A stretch of 62,787 nucleotides of DNA, taken from a virus (lineage: Duplodnaviria; Caudoviricetes). Below the pieces are notes generated by a model that was not told the DNA's origin, searched no databases, and saw nothing but the letters and a program-made list of their open reading frames with translations. Positions within the stretch are counted from its first letter, which is position 1. Every line of letters begins with the position of its first letter. The stretch is taken from the IMG/VR virus record IMGVR_UViG_3300028585_000025, positions 1 to 62,787 of that record; one strand, given 5' to 3'. The position numbers were made by a program, and so were the translations under genes. This document shows, one piece after another, positions 9,069 through 18,066 of this stretch.

Positions 9069-9719
9069 ATGTTAAAACGTCTGGCGTTTCTTTTATTCAG
9101 TAAGTTCTTTGATCCTAAAGGGGAGTACAAAATGTCCGAGCAGTCTAAAGATCAACCCGTCGTAGATGAGAACGCAACTCCAGAAGTGGAGCAGCTTACT
9201 TCTGCTTCATCTGATCCGATTGCAGAGGCACCTGCGGCAAGTGATAACTTCGTTGTTGCCCAAGACAATGGTGTGTCACGTCCTGTTGTAGACGACGTGG
9301 TAGATGCAGAACCTATCGTCGATGCACCTGTTCAGCCTGCAGCACCGGCTATCCCAGCGGTAGAAGAAGCACCCGCTCCTGTTGTGGTAGAACCTGTCGC
9401 TGAGGATGCACCTATTCCTACACCTGCAGTTGAACCGGCCCCAGCTCCAGTAGTAGTACCTTCGACCGACAGCGATAAGACTGAAGGCGAACCAGATACC
9501 TATCGCTTCGACCTGCTGGCCAGCGCACTGAAGAGTTTACTTCAGGAAGCCGGTCATGACCTGGACGAAGCTTTTGACGATGCTGTACCTTTGGCAAAAG
9601 AGATCGCTTCAAGTGATGAAGACTTTGGGCATAAGCTCAAAGGGATCTTAGTGGTAGTGGGTCGTGAATACGGCGAAGCTTTCCATAAGTTCTTCAATTA
9701 CGCGAAGAAGCATATATAA
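9069..9719 (+). CDS. Pro/Ala/Glu-rich hypothetical protein
   Basis: RBS-preceded ATGs at 9069 and 9132; low-complexity PA repeats then helical domain. Confidence 0.7.
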   Translation: MLKRLAFLLFSKFFDPKGEYKMSEQSKDQPVVDENATPEVEQLTSASSDPIAEAPAASDNFVVAQDNGVSRPVVDDVVDAEPIVDAPVQPAAPAIPAVEEAPAPVVVEPVAEDAPIPTPAVEPAPAPVVVPSTDSDKTEGEPDTYRFDLLASALKSLLQEAGHDLDEAFDDAVPLAKEIASSDEDFGHKLKGILVVVGREYGEAFHKFFNYAKKHI

Positions 9720-9728
9720 CGAAAACAG

Positions 9729-9759
9729 GGGGGTAGGAAATCCTACCCCTTCTATGCTG
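9729..9759 (+). terminator. hairpin + CTATGCTG element
   Basis: ggggtagga-aa-tcctacccc then ttctatgctg. Confidence 0.7.
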
Positions 9760-9802
9760 TTTAAATCTTATAGCTCCTTGTTATTCATTAATAGGCGGTC
9801 TT

Positions 9803-9901
9803 ATGTTTGAGTTATTTATGGGTGGTAACGGAGGCTGTCGACTTATCTGGGGATCTGGTCTTACGTTCCCGGTAGCCAAGACTGTTGATATCACTACTTA
9901 A
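9803..9901 (+). pseudogene. 32-aa remnant of an M(L/F)E(M/L)(L/F)MG-start gene family
   Basis: MFELFMGGNGG...; start and ataggc RBS resemble MLEMLMG of 10560. Confidence 0.4.
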
Positions 9902-9965
9902 CGTTTATGTAAATAAGGAAATACTTGTATTCTTATATGGACTATTCCCTAATGAGACAATTGCC

Positions 9966-10544
9966 ATGGCAAAACTTACTTTTTATTATGCTTCAATGAA
10001 TGCTGGTAAATCGACAGCATGTATTCAGGCAGGCTATAACTACATTGAGCGCGGTATGCATGCGCTGATGATCAAACCTGAGATCGATAACCGTGATGAC
10101 AAAAACAAAGTCAGTTCACGTGTGGGCCTATCAGCTAAAGCCATAGTGTTTGATACCGAGGCTAATCTGTACGAGTTAGTCTTGTTGCAAATGAAGTCCA
10201 GCAAAGTCTCCGTTGTACTGGTTGACGAAGCGCAATTCCTCACCAAAGAACAGGTCACTGAACTTAGCGATATCGCTGATTTCAATGACGTGCCAGTTGT
10301 GTGCTACGGACTGCGTACTGACTTCCAGGGCGAGCTCTTCCCAGGTTCGGCGGCATTGATGGCACGTGCTGATCGTCTTAATGAACTGATTGGTGTCTGC
10401 CACTGCGGTTCAAAAGCCCACTTCGTTCTGCGTCGTGATGAGAAAGGTCACGTTGTAAAAGAAGGCGAACAAATTCTCATCGGCGGGAATGATCGTTACG
10501 AAGCTGTCTGTCGTAAACATCACCGCCATGCAATGATCAGTTAA
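9966..10544 (+). CDS. tdk: thymidine kinase
   Basis: MNAGKST P-loop, LVDEAQF, YGLRTDF, C-H-C...YEAVCRKH Zn site; start at ATG 9966. Confidence 0.95.
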   Translation: MAKLTFYYASMNAGKSTACIQAGYNYIERGMHALMIKPEIDNRDDKNKVSSRVGLSAKAIVFDTEANLYELVLLQMKSSKVSVVLVDEAQFLTKEQVTELSDIADFNDVPVVCYGLRTDFQGELFPGSAALMARADRLNELIGVCHCGSKAHFVLRRDEKGHVVKEGEQILIGGNDRYEAVCRKHHRHAMIS

Positions 10545-10559
10545 TCAATAGAGGCGCGT

Positions 10560-11273
10560 ATGTTAGAAATGCTGATGGGATCAAGGTCACTAGTACCAAA
10601 GGCCGACCAACCCGTATTGGGTTTTAACTTCGACCAGAACAAGAGTATCAGTGCGCCTAGTGCAACAGTATACTCAGGCGGTGCGATTGAAACCTTAACG
10701 AGCAGCAACGCTCTCGCCGGTTATACCAAAAGCTTACGTGTGGCGGGTGGAGTAGCTAACGTCACTCCGTTGTCTGCATTGTCAACTTTGGGCTTAGGTG
10801 ATTTCACTTTAGAGTGTTACGCCTGGATGACCACTATTCCTGCTGATTATTACCAACTCCTTTTTGCAACATTTGCTAACGGCAAATACTTGACGATCCG
10901 TGCTGGTAACGGTTCGTTCGGTCAACGCATGCAGGTTGGTATCGATCTGGGTAATGGTGCTAACTTCTGTAGTAACAAGACCGGGCCTTCTTTACGTAAC
11001 GCATGGCACCATTATGCGTTTGTCCGTAAGGCAGGTAAATGTCGGTTCTTTATTGACGGGCAATTACAGATGCTCGCTCAGGGAGTCAGTACAACTTACA
11101 GTCTCACTGAGTTTGATGGTAATTTTGATCTGTCTGGTAACTTGAACTCATTTGTGATTGGCAAGGCGAACTCTGGTTCGGGTGACATGTCCATACCGGA
11201 GTTTCTAATTTCTAAGTCAGCACGATATCAGACAAGTTTTACACCACCATCACCCCCGCTTTATAATCCATAA
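10560..11273 (+). CDS. LamG/concanavalin-A-like lectin domain virion (tail-associated) protein
   Basis: GDFTLEC..W, WHHYAFVR.AG..RFFIDG, EF.ISKSARY...FTPP. Confidence 0.75.
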   Translation: MLEMLMGSRSLVPKADQPVLGFNFDQNKSISAPSATVYSGGAIETLTSSNALAGYTKSLRVAGGVANVTPLSALSTLGLGDFTLECYAWMTTIPADYYQLLFATFANGKYLTIRAGNGSFGQRMQVGIDLGNGANFCSNKTGPSLRNAWHHYAFVRKAGKCRFFIDGQLQMLAQGVSTTYSLTEFDGNFDLSGNLNSFVIGKANSGSGDMSIPEFLISKSARYQTSFTPPSPPLYNP

Positions 11274-11277
11274 ACAC

Positions 11278-11307
11278 AAGGCCAGGGCTAGCCCTGGCTT
11301 TATGCCG
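11278..11307 (+). terminator. hairpin + TATGCCG element
   Basis: aaggccaggg-ctag-ccctggctt then tatgccg. Confidence 0.75.
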
Positions 11308-11316
11308 TGCTAAATC

Positions 11317-11342
11317 ATTTCATACCTACATTACCCATGTGT
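11317..11342 (+). promoter_or_regulatory. putative early promoter
   Basis: tttCATACCTACATTACccatGTG. Confidence 0.7.
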
Positions 11343-11395
11343 AGAACCAAACATTGTTAACTTAACCTATAGTGTTTTTGCCGTGAGATTAATTA

Positions 11396-11755
11396 ATGAA
11401 CAGTTTAATTCTGGATATAACCCCTAACGTGACATCCATCACGCGCAGATTCACTAACGCAAACTGGGAAGGTATTTTACGTGATATCAGTTTGCGTGTT
11501 CTAAAACAATACGAAGAAGTAAGAGCAACCAACCGCATTCCTTATTTGGATACTGTTTATCTTCAAGAACTGCAGTGGCGTTATGGCTTTGAAAGGAATA
11601 ACCAAGCGGTGCTGTCCCAATTTACCGAACTGTATAGCAACTTATACTCAGCCATTGCCGGGTATGTCAATTCGATTAACCCCACCAAACTGTTGACCGT
11701 TGTTCAAGTAATGACAGCCAACAATGTCTTCCAATTGCATTTAGGGTATGCCTAA
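11396..11755 (+). CDS. hypothetical protein
   Basis: first gene behind the promoter motif; TAATG-coupled to the HslU-like gene. Confidence 0.7.
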   Translation: MNSLILDITPNVTSITRRFTNANWEGILRDISLRVLKQYEEVRATNRIPYLDTVYLQELQWRYGFERNNQAVLSQFTELYSNLYSAIAGYVNSINPTKLLTVVQVMTANNVFQLHLGYA

Positions 11756-13491
11756 TGTCTACCATGACCACTAATGAAGTTGTTGAACACTTAGACCAGT
11801 ATGTAATTGGTCAGATGGAACCTAAACGTGCCATTGCACTGGCGTATCGTGAACGTATGCTCAAAGCCGAAAACACCGGTGCTGAATGGAAATACATTAC
11901 TCCTTCTAACGTCCTCATGGTCGGACCTTCAGGTTCCGGTAAAACTGAGTTAGCCAGGCAGCTGGCTGAAATGACAAACAGTCCTTTCGTCAAATGTGAA
12001 ATCACTGAGTTTACTCAGGTTGGTTATCATGGGCGTGATGTTAAAGCAATCTTGACTGACCTGGTTAACGACGCGGTACGTATCGCGCCAGCTATCTGGG
12101 CAAAAGAGAATAAGCCAAAACTCTCTAAGTCCGCACGCGACATGTTATCCCTGATACTTAAGGATAAGACAGAACGGGAAATGTTCTCAAAGGTAATGAA
12201 CATTCCTGATGATAAACTCACTCTTGCGACATTAGAGGAGGCGCTGCTTAGCAAGAACTCCGTGTACCGTAAAATCAACATCGGTTATCGCTGGTATGGT
12301 GATATGATCATTGCTGCAGCAACAAAGAAGAAACGCGATGAGGAACCCACTGAACCCGAACCCAACATCCTTGAGGACAGCATTGCCTGGTCACAATGGT
12401 ACATCCGCAACAAACTTAATACCCGTAGCTTTGGCATTCGAACTAACGATGAAGTACAGCATATTCGTCAAGCCGCCATGTTACTCGATTCAGTCGGTGC
12501 AAAGGACAGTAAGCTCGAAGAAGCCCTGGTCAATGGCTTAGGCGCGCCTTTTAATGAAGCGCGTAAAAAGATCAACTCTAAAGGCCGGGGTATTGCCAAG
12601 ATTATTAAGTTCTTAATGGACCATAAACTCGAAGGTAATAAGGACACGTCTATCGAGGTGATTAAAGCATTGGCGCCGTTTAAGAAAGTACAGCTGGATA
12701 ACGTCATTGACATCAGCGACGCCCTGCGTACCAGTTCTGAACCGCCATCTGACTTTATCGTCAAATTAGTGGAAGAGCGTGGTATTGTCTTCATTGATGA
12801 ATTTGATAAGATCTTTGTCGACCTGCGTGGTTCTAACGTGGGTAACATGGGTGTGGTGCGTGACTTGATGCCTTACCTGGATGGTGTTATTGCAGACGTC
12901 CCTACAATCACTGACCGTGACCGTAGCGGGGGTATGTTTGGCAGCCGTGGTGAAACGTATCAAATCAATACCGCTAATATCCTCTGGATTGCATCAGGTG
13001 CGTTTCATCTGGCCAAGGTTTCAGATGTACCTGCTGAGATCTTAGGACGTCTCCCAGTGCATGTCACGCTCAATCAGCTGAAAGCAGATGACTTGGAAAA
13101 GGTGTTGATTAAGCCACACGGTTCACTAATCAATGCGATCACCACAGTGCTCAAAGCAGAAGGGGTAGATTTCGTCATCGAACCAGAAGCGATTCGCGCT
13201 ATTGCTGAGTTAGCCTTTGAAGCTAACACTTACGGTGAAGACACTGGCGCTCGTCGTTTGAAGACAGTGTGCCGTGAACTGTTTGGTGATTTGCTGTATA
13301 CCGCATCTAACTTACTACCCGACCAACGTAAGGTTCGCTTTACTGCCGCGCAAGTGAAAGCAGCTCACGACCGCATCATGGCGAACGTTACCAAACGTAA
13401 GGAAAAGAAAGAGCCTGGCGAGAAAGAGCGCGAGGACTTCAAACAAATGCTTGATGCCATTCGTGGTGTCAGACCAACCAATAACGGTTAA
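11755..13491 (+). CDS. hslU: HslU/ClpY-like AAA+ ATPase
   Basis: LDQYVIGQ, TPSNVLMVGPSGSGKTELARQLA, TEFTQVGYHGRDV, GIVFIDEFDK, ASGAFH, GRLPV, GARRL. Confidence 0.9.
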   Translation: MSTMTTNEVVEHLDQYVIGQMEPKRAIALAYRERMLKAENTGAEWKYITPSNVLMVGPSGSGKTELARQLAEMTNSPFVKCEITEFTQVGYHGRDVKAILTDLVNDAVRIAPAIWAKENKPKLSKSARDMLSLILKDKTEREMFSKVMNIPDDKLTLATLEEALLSKNSVYRKINIGYRWYGDMIIAAATKKKRDEEPTEPEPNILEDSIAWSQWYIRNKLNTRSFGIRTNDEVQHIRQAAMLLDSVGAKDSKLEEALVNGLGAPFNEARKKINSKGRGIAKIIKFLMDHKLEGNKDTSIEVIKALAPFKKVQLDNVIDISDALRTSSEPPSDFIVKLVEERGIVFIDEFDKIFVDLRGSNVGNMGVVRDLMPYLDGVIADVPTITDRDRSGGMFGSRGETYQINTANILWIASGAFHLAKVSDVPAEILGRLPVHVTLNQLKADDLEKVLIKPHGSLINAITTVLKAEGVDFVIEPEAIRAIAELAFEANTYGEDTGARRLKTVCRELFGDLLYTASNLLPDQRKVRFTAAQVKAAHDRIMANVTKRKEKKEPGEKEREDFKQMLDAIRGVRPTNNG

Positions 13492-13539
13492 CCTATTACT
13501 GGGGGTTTAAATACCCCCGCTTATTAAGAGGAAGAGTTC

Positions 13540-14082
13540 ATGCAATTCGAATACGTCGAAGTCAGTAAGTTGAACCCGCAGGCCATTATCAAAACGACTC
13601 TGAACAATTTCACGCGTCTTTATTCAGCGTTTAACCAGCTAGGTGATCTGACTAAAGAAGAAGTTGCAGAGAAGATCAACCGTGGTGACTGTGGTGTTGC
13701 GGCAATTGCTGTGCATCATGTTCTCAAAGAGAAATACAAAATTGAGACCATTATCGTTAACTGTCGTAATCATTGCTGGTTGTATTACGAAGGGATCGAT
13801 TACGATACCTTGCAGCCAGATGGCTACGAAGGCTCTGCAGCTGCTCACTGGGAAAAGGATATCAATGCGCCTCGCTGTCCGGTCACATTCGCAGAAGCCT
13901 GTGATGAATGGATGTCGTGCGATGTAAAAGGTGCGGTGATCGTGAAAGGCTTCTGCGATAAGCTCTGGGTTAAGTTCCCCTCTGAACTCCAACACTGTTT
14001 CGATAACGCGGATGAGTACGAACGTCCGGGTGAATTGGAAGCGTATCAAGCAACCATGCAGGCTGCATTGCAGCTGGTATAA
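13540..14082 (+). CDS. putative transglutaminase/papain-like Cys-His-Asp enzyme, paralog of 6778..7503
   Basis: NRGDCGVAA...HCWLYYEG..YD. Confidence 0.55.
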   Translation: MQFEYVEVSKLNPQAIIKTTLNNFTRLYSAFNQLGDLTKEEVAEKINRGDCGVAAIAVHHVLKEKYKIETIIVNCRNHCWLYYEGIDYDTLQPDGYEGSAAAHWEKDINAPRCPVTFAEACDEWMSCDVKGAVIVKGFCDKLWVKFPSELQHCFDNADEYERPGELEAYQATMQAALQLV

Positions 14083-14091
14083 GGTGACGTT

Positions 14092-14640
14092 ATGATCGAC
14101 ATATCTGTTGAAAAGCGTTTAAGTGTTTTCAGTGGCGGTAGTTTCCAAGGCCTGTCTATCAGCGTTATGGAAGGACTGCGTTCGGTATTGACATCCAGTG
14201 TGCGTAAAGTGTTCATCTATGGTCTTCATCGCGATTACCATAAAGCGCTGTTCGCTCAACTGCGGGCAGAGTACGCACCTTACGGTGCGACGGTTACTGT
14301 CAATGCAGGTGTGTTAGGCGGCTCGCTAGATATCGCTTGGCCACAGTCTGATGTGGTGACGTGTGTTGTCATGAAGACTGACCCGGTTGAGCTGTCGATA
14401 CTGGAACACCTGGCACACGATACCCGTGTCTTCAATGTTACCGCCCGTCCGCTTAGTACCACGCAGTTGTTTGACCTCTATGACGTAGCGCGCCGGTTAG
14501 GGATTCACATCCGCATCTACACCACAGGTTACGTGCCAGAACCAGGTCCGTTGAGTTTACTCGAATCGTTTGAACTCATTCGTTACGTATCCAGTGCGAA
14601 GGTTGTAAAGCAAGTAACTGCCGACATAAATGCCCGTTAA
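14092..14640 (+). CDS. hypothetical protein
   Basis: AAGGTG RBS; 182 aa. Confidence 0.7.
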   Translation: MIDISVEKRLSVFSGGSFQGLSISVMEGLRSVLTSSVRKVFIYGLHRDYHKALFAQLRAEYAPYGATVTVNAGVLGGSLDIAWPQSDVVTCVVMKTDPVELSILEHLAHDTRVFNVTARPLSTTQLFDLYDVARRLGIHIRIYTTGYVPEPGPLSLLESFELIRYVSSAKVVKQVTADINAR

Positions 14641-14649
14641 TATGTTACC

Positions 14650-14685
14650 AGCCTCCTGGGTAATTCCGGGAGGCTTTTTATACGG
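14650..14685 (+). terminator. hairpin + T-run/TATACGG variant
   Basis: agcctcctggg-taat-tccgggaggct then ttttatacgg. Confidence 0.7.
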
Positions 14686-14709
14686 TCTTCATTTTTTGTT
14701 GAGGCTAGC

Positions 14710-15063
14710 ATGACACCTGTTGGATTAACAGTCTGTTTTAGATTGCAGGCGACTGATGTGGTGCCGTTCTTGGTTGGTGTCTGCACCTACGATGTGGATG
14801 TAACCACAGAGCGTGCATCAGGATTACTGGACGAGCTCGAAGGCTTGTGCAAACGGATTATGTATCGCTACGATCACAATGCTTGCGAGTACCAGATAAA
14901 GGAAAAACAGTTAGATATCACGCTACCGTTTATCCCTAATTTCTTTGAAGGGAAAATTGAACCACCGATTACTACACGCATTCCGAAAGGTGTTAACTAC
15001 GCAATTAATGGGTGTATGAAAGAAACCCACGAAGTGCTGTATCCGTTAAGATCTAAGGTGTAA
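14710..15063 (+). CDS. hypothetical protein
   Basis: GAGG RBS; 117 aa. Confidence 0.65.
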   Translation: MTPVGLTVCFRLQATDVVPFLVGVCTYDVDVTTERASGLLDELEGLCKRIMYRYDHNACEYQIKEKQLDITLPFIPNFFEGKIEPPITTRIPKGVNYAINGCMKETHEVLYPLRSKV

Positions 15064-15065
15064 AG

Positions 15066-15093
15066 TTTTTCAAGTCTACATTACTATCGTGAT
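15066..15093 (+). promoter_or_regulatory. putative early promoter
   Basis: tttttCAAGTCTACATTACtatcGTGA. Confidence 0.7.
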
Positions 15094-15119
15094 GTATGAT
15101 AATTAACAATAGGTGACCT

Positions 15120-15704
15120 ATGGCCTGGAAAGGTTATGTTATCGAATTCCTGCACGTTAAGCCACCTCGCTACTATTATGGTGCGGCGGTAGGCGATGTG
15201 TTTGAAACGGTAGATGCGTTGTTAGCACGAGCACGTAACAAAGATGTTGATGTTGCCAACGGTCTTATTGAGTTGGTTGCTTACCCGCAAGAAGAACTTG
15301 GTGAACCTGTCTATAAGGTCATCGAACTTCCCACGGGAAAAGAGAAAGACCCTACCATCTGGCTCGATGAACTAATGCGTGCCGATGTCGAGAAAGGTGA
15401 TCAAGCAGCAAGTATTAATATCAATCAGCTTAAACGACGTATTCGTCGTCTGCGTTCTGTTGTAACAGTCAATGCTGGACTGTATTACGATAATGACGCG
15501 CCAATGATTACCGATCAACAATGGGACGAGTTTGCTTACAAGCTTGTTGAATTGCAAAAGCGGTATCACTGGTTGTTACCACATATCGACTTCTTTGATA
15601 GTTTCTTCTATGACTTCGATGGCAGTACTGGCATGCATCTGCCCTATCGCGATGCCTACTTCATGGGGATCATGAAAGTAGTGACGACTTCTACGGATAA
15701 GTAA
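15120..15704 (+). CDS. protein with stand-alone NAD+-dependent DNA ligase domain Ia (NMN-binding) module
   Basis: LYYDNDAPMITDQQWDE..KLVELQK resembles LigA YHVMDAPEIPDAEYD; no KxDG adenylation motif. Confidence 0.7.
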   Translation: MAWKGYVIEFLHVKPPRYYYGAAVGDVFETVDALLARARNKDVDVANGLIELVAYPQEELGEPVYKVIELPTGKEKDPTIWLDELMRADVEKGDQAASININQLKRRIRRLRSVVTVNAGLYYDNDAPMITDQQWDEFAYKLVELQKRYHWLLPHIDFFDSFFYDFDGSTGMHLPYRDAYFMGIMKVVTTSTDK

Positions 15705-15752
15705 TCCCTCATATGCCTGCCATGGCGCTTATTAAAAGCAAGAGAGAAAACA

Positions 15753-16370
15753 ATGAACATTATTAACAGTATTATCGAACTGGGTGCAGATAACCAACCT
15801 TGCAAACTGGCCATCAATCACGATCAAGAAACCGGTGTATCAACAGTTAAGTTGAGCTATCTGGAATCTGATATTGTTGATATCAGCTGGGGTGCCAAGC
15901 AGCGCAAAGACACCAAGTTCCGTTTAGGTGCAACTGCTCATGGATTAACGCAACTCTATCTGCATATCCATCACAACCTGATCAAAACTGACAGTGAGTT
16001 TGTGCGTGATTACTTTGCCTGGAAACGTGAAGAGATCCTGGAGAACATCAAAGCACTTGGCATTATCTACAATGGCGATGAGTGGTGGGATAAACTTAAG
16101 CAATCCTTCTTCCGTCTGGCCATTAGTGAACAGCAGTCAGAAACGTTAAAAGTAGTGATGGTCCTGACCAGTGACGTTAAAGAACACAAAGCGGTCTACA
16201 CCATCAGTACTGATTTCAAACTGGCTGACAAAGCAAGCAATGGTCGGACACAATTACTGGGTGGCAATACCCGTGTGGTTAGTCGATACAGCCTGGCCGA
16301 ATCACCCGAATCAATTGATTCTATTCTGGCGAAGTACACCCCTGAACATGTTACAGCAGCCGCTGTTTAA
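15753..16370 (+). CDS. hypothetical protein
   Basis: 205-aa ORF with RBS. Confidence 0.7.
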   Translation: MNIINSIIELGADNQPCKLAINHDQETGVSTVKLSYLESDIVDISWGAKQRKDTKFRLGATAHGLTQLYLHIHHNLIKTDSEFVRDYFAWKREEILENIKALGIIYNGDEWWDKLKQSFFRLAISEQQSETLKVVMVLTSDVKEHKAVYTISTDFKLADKASNGRTQLLGGNTRVVSRYSLAESPESIDSILAKYTPEHVTAAAV

Positions 16371-16383
16371 AAAGGAAAGTAAG

Positions 16384-18012
16384 ATGAGCAAGCAGATTCA
16401 AGATATGGTCTTTGAAATCAAATTCGAAGACTCAGTGACTGGTGTCGACTACCGGATGTTGACTCTGGTCAATGACGAAGGGCATCTCATTGTTGAACAT
16501 CCCGTTGCGATCAACACGGTTAACTACCTGCTGTCACTTGACACTGATGAGCGTAACAAGGCGTGTGCGGCGTACTTGGCCATCGCGTTTAATTATACCC
16601 GTGACTACCCCGAAGGTACCGGTGCCGCTACTGCCGAGTATGCGCGTTCTGCCTGGGTCTGTCTGGAACAATATGTAGTTGAATCGGGGCTGGGTGAATT
16701 CACCGATGAAGACTTCGCTAATCTCACGGTTATCGATTTCTACGAAGGTCGTGCAGTGGCGTCAATCACCAGTCCTAACGGTTCTGAGGTGGTGATTACT
16801 CTGCGTCGTCAGAATGGCCAGCTGTGGACCGAGCATGTTCGTCACTTTACTGATGAAGATACCATCCCGACTATCCAGGAATTATTCCAGGAATGGGAAG
16901 ATGCGGCGAACTCTCGACTGCAGATCGAACCGGCCGCGGTCATGAGTTTTGGCGATGTTAACTTCGTCTATGCGGTTGATACATCTGAAGCAGCACGTGT
17001 GCGTCGTGAAGCACTCCTGCAGATCACTATCGGTGATCGCCTGATTGTTGAGCAACGTATCTTTGAAGGCAGTAAGCCAATTCTGTACTTCATCCTGGAA
17101 GTCTTCAACATGCTGGCATTGCGTTTTCGTATTGGAAGCGTTGCGTCGGTTAATGAAGAAGATCGTGTCACTATCCTGAATGCGGTTGTCGGTTTAATCG
17201 GCGGGCATTTGGGCATGAGCGAACATGTCCAGATCGAAGCGGGTATGGTGTATGCACACGAAGGCAGTATCGACGATCACGTGACCTACGCAATCACCCA
17301 TGAACTCACGGCAGATAATCTCATCAAGGCAACGTATCGTTTCATGCGTATGGTAGATGACACTATGCGTCGTAGCATCGAGATGGTTGATCAGGTGGAA
17401 TACCTGGAATACCCGATGACACCACTGGAGTTCTACAATGCGTTCCAGGTTGATATCTCGCGTGAACTCGGTGTGGCGCGTCGTTTTGACATTGCGATGA
17501 TTGCAGCAATTGATAATGCCAGTGGTCTGGGTAAAGACAACGAACTGTTGTTCCGTATCAAAGAGGATATGATGTACTTTAAACAGAGTACGCTGCATTC
17601 TCCGGTGATCATGGGTCGCAAGACGTATGATTCGCTACCTAACCCGTTGGTTGATCGTCTGAACATCGTGATCACTTCTCAGCCAATCAAAGACCATACC
17701 ACCAAATCAGGTGTGGTGTTTGTTAACAGCAAAGAAGAGGCACTGTCTAAAGCGGTGAATTACTTAACCGAAAATGGCGGCGACAAGATCTGGATTATTG
17801 GTGGCGCGCAGATCTATGCAATGTTCCTGCCGGATGCAGCAGAGTTGCACCTGACCGTTATCCATGCTGAACGTGAAGATGCAGATACCTTCTTCCCTGA
17901 ATTCAATCACAATGCCTGGGATGCAGAAGTGTTGTTTGACGAACCTCAACTCACTTCACGTGAAGGTGAGGATATCTCTTACAACCGCTTCATCATGCGT
18001 CGTAAAGCATAA
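16384..18012 (+). CDS. folA: dihydrofolate reductase with large N-terminal unknown domain
   Basis: C-terminal IAMIAA..GLGKDNEL..EDM.YFK..T...VIMGRKTYDSL..PL.DRLNIVIT..IWIIGGAQIY..ADTFFP; start ATG 16384 after AAGGA. Confidence 0.9.
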   Translation: MSKQIQDMVFEIKFEDSVTGVDYRMLTLVNDEGHLIVEHPVAINTVNYLLSLDTDERNKACAAYLAIAFNYTRDYPEGTGAATAEYARSAWVCLEQYVVESGLGEFTDEDFANLTVIDFYEGRAVASITSPNGSEVVITLRRQNGQLWTEHVRHFTDEDTIPTIQELFQEWEDAANSRLQIEPAAVMSFGDVNFVYAVDTSEAARVRREALLQITIGDRLIVEQRIFEGSKPILYFILEVFNMLALRFRIGSVASVNEEDRVTILNAVVGLIGGHLGMSEHVQIEAGMVYAHEGSIDDHVTYAITHELTADNLIKATYRFMRMVDDTMRRSIEMVDQVEYLEYPMTPLEFYNAFQVDISRELGVARRFDIAMIAAIDNASGLGKDNELLFRIKEDMMYFKQSTLHSPVIMGRKTYDSLPNPLVDRLNIVITSQPIKDHTTKSGVVFVNSKEEALSKAVNYLTENGGDKIWIIGGAQIYAMFLPDAAELHLTVIHAEREDADTFFPEFNHNAWDAEVLFDEPQLTSREGEDISYNRFIMRRKA

Positions 18013-18066
18013 TCAATTAACTCTGGGGGTTAACCACCCCCTTCTTGTATATAAAGGAAAAGTATC

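Noticed and set aside
14092-14640. Degenerate P-loop NTPase (also 4800..5180)
   Set aside because: No Walker A lysine or intact Walker B; not supportable without a profile search
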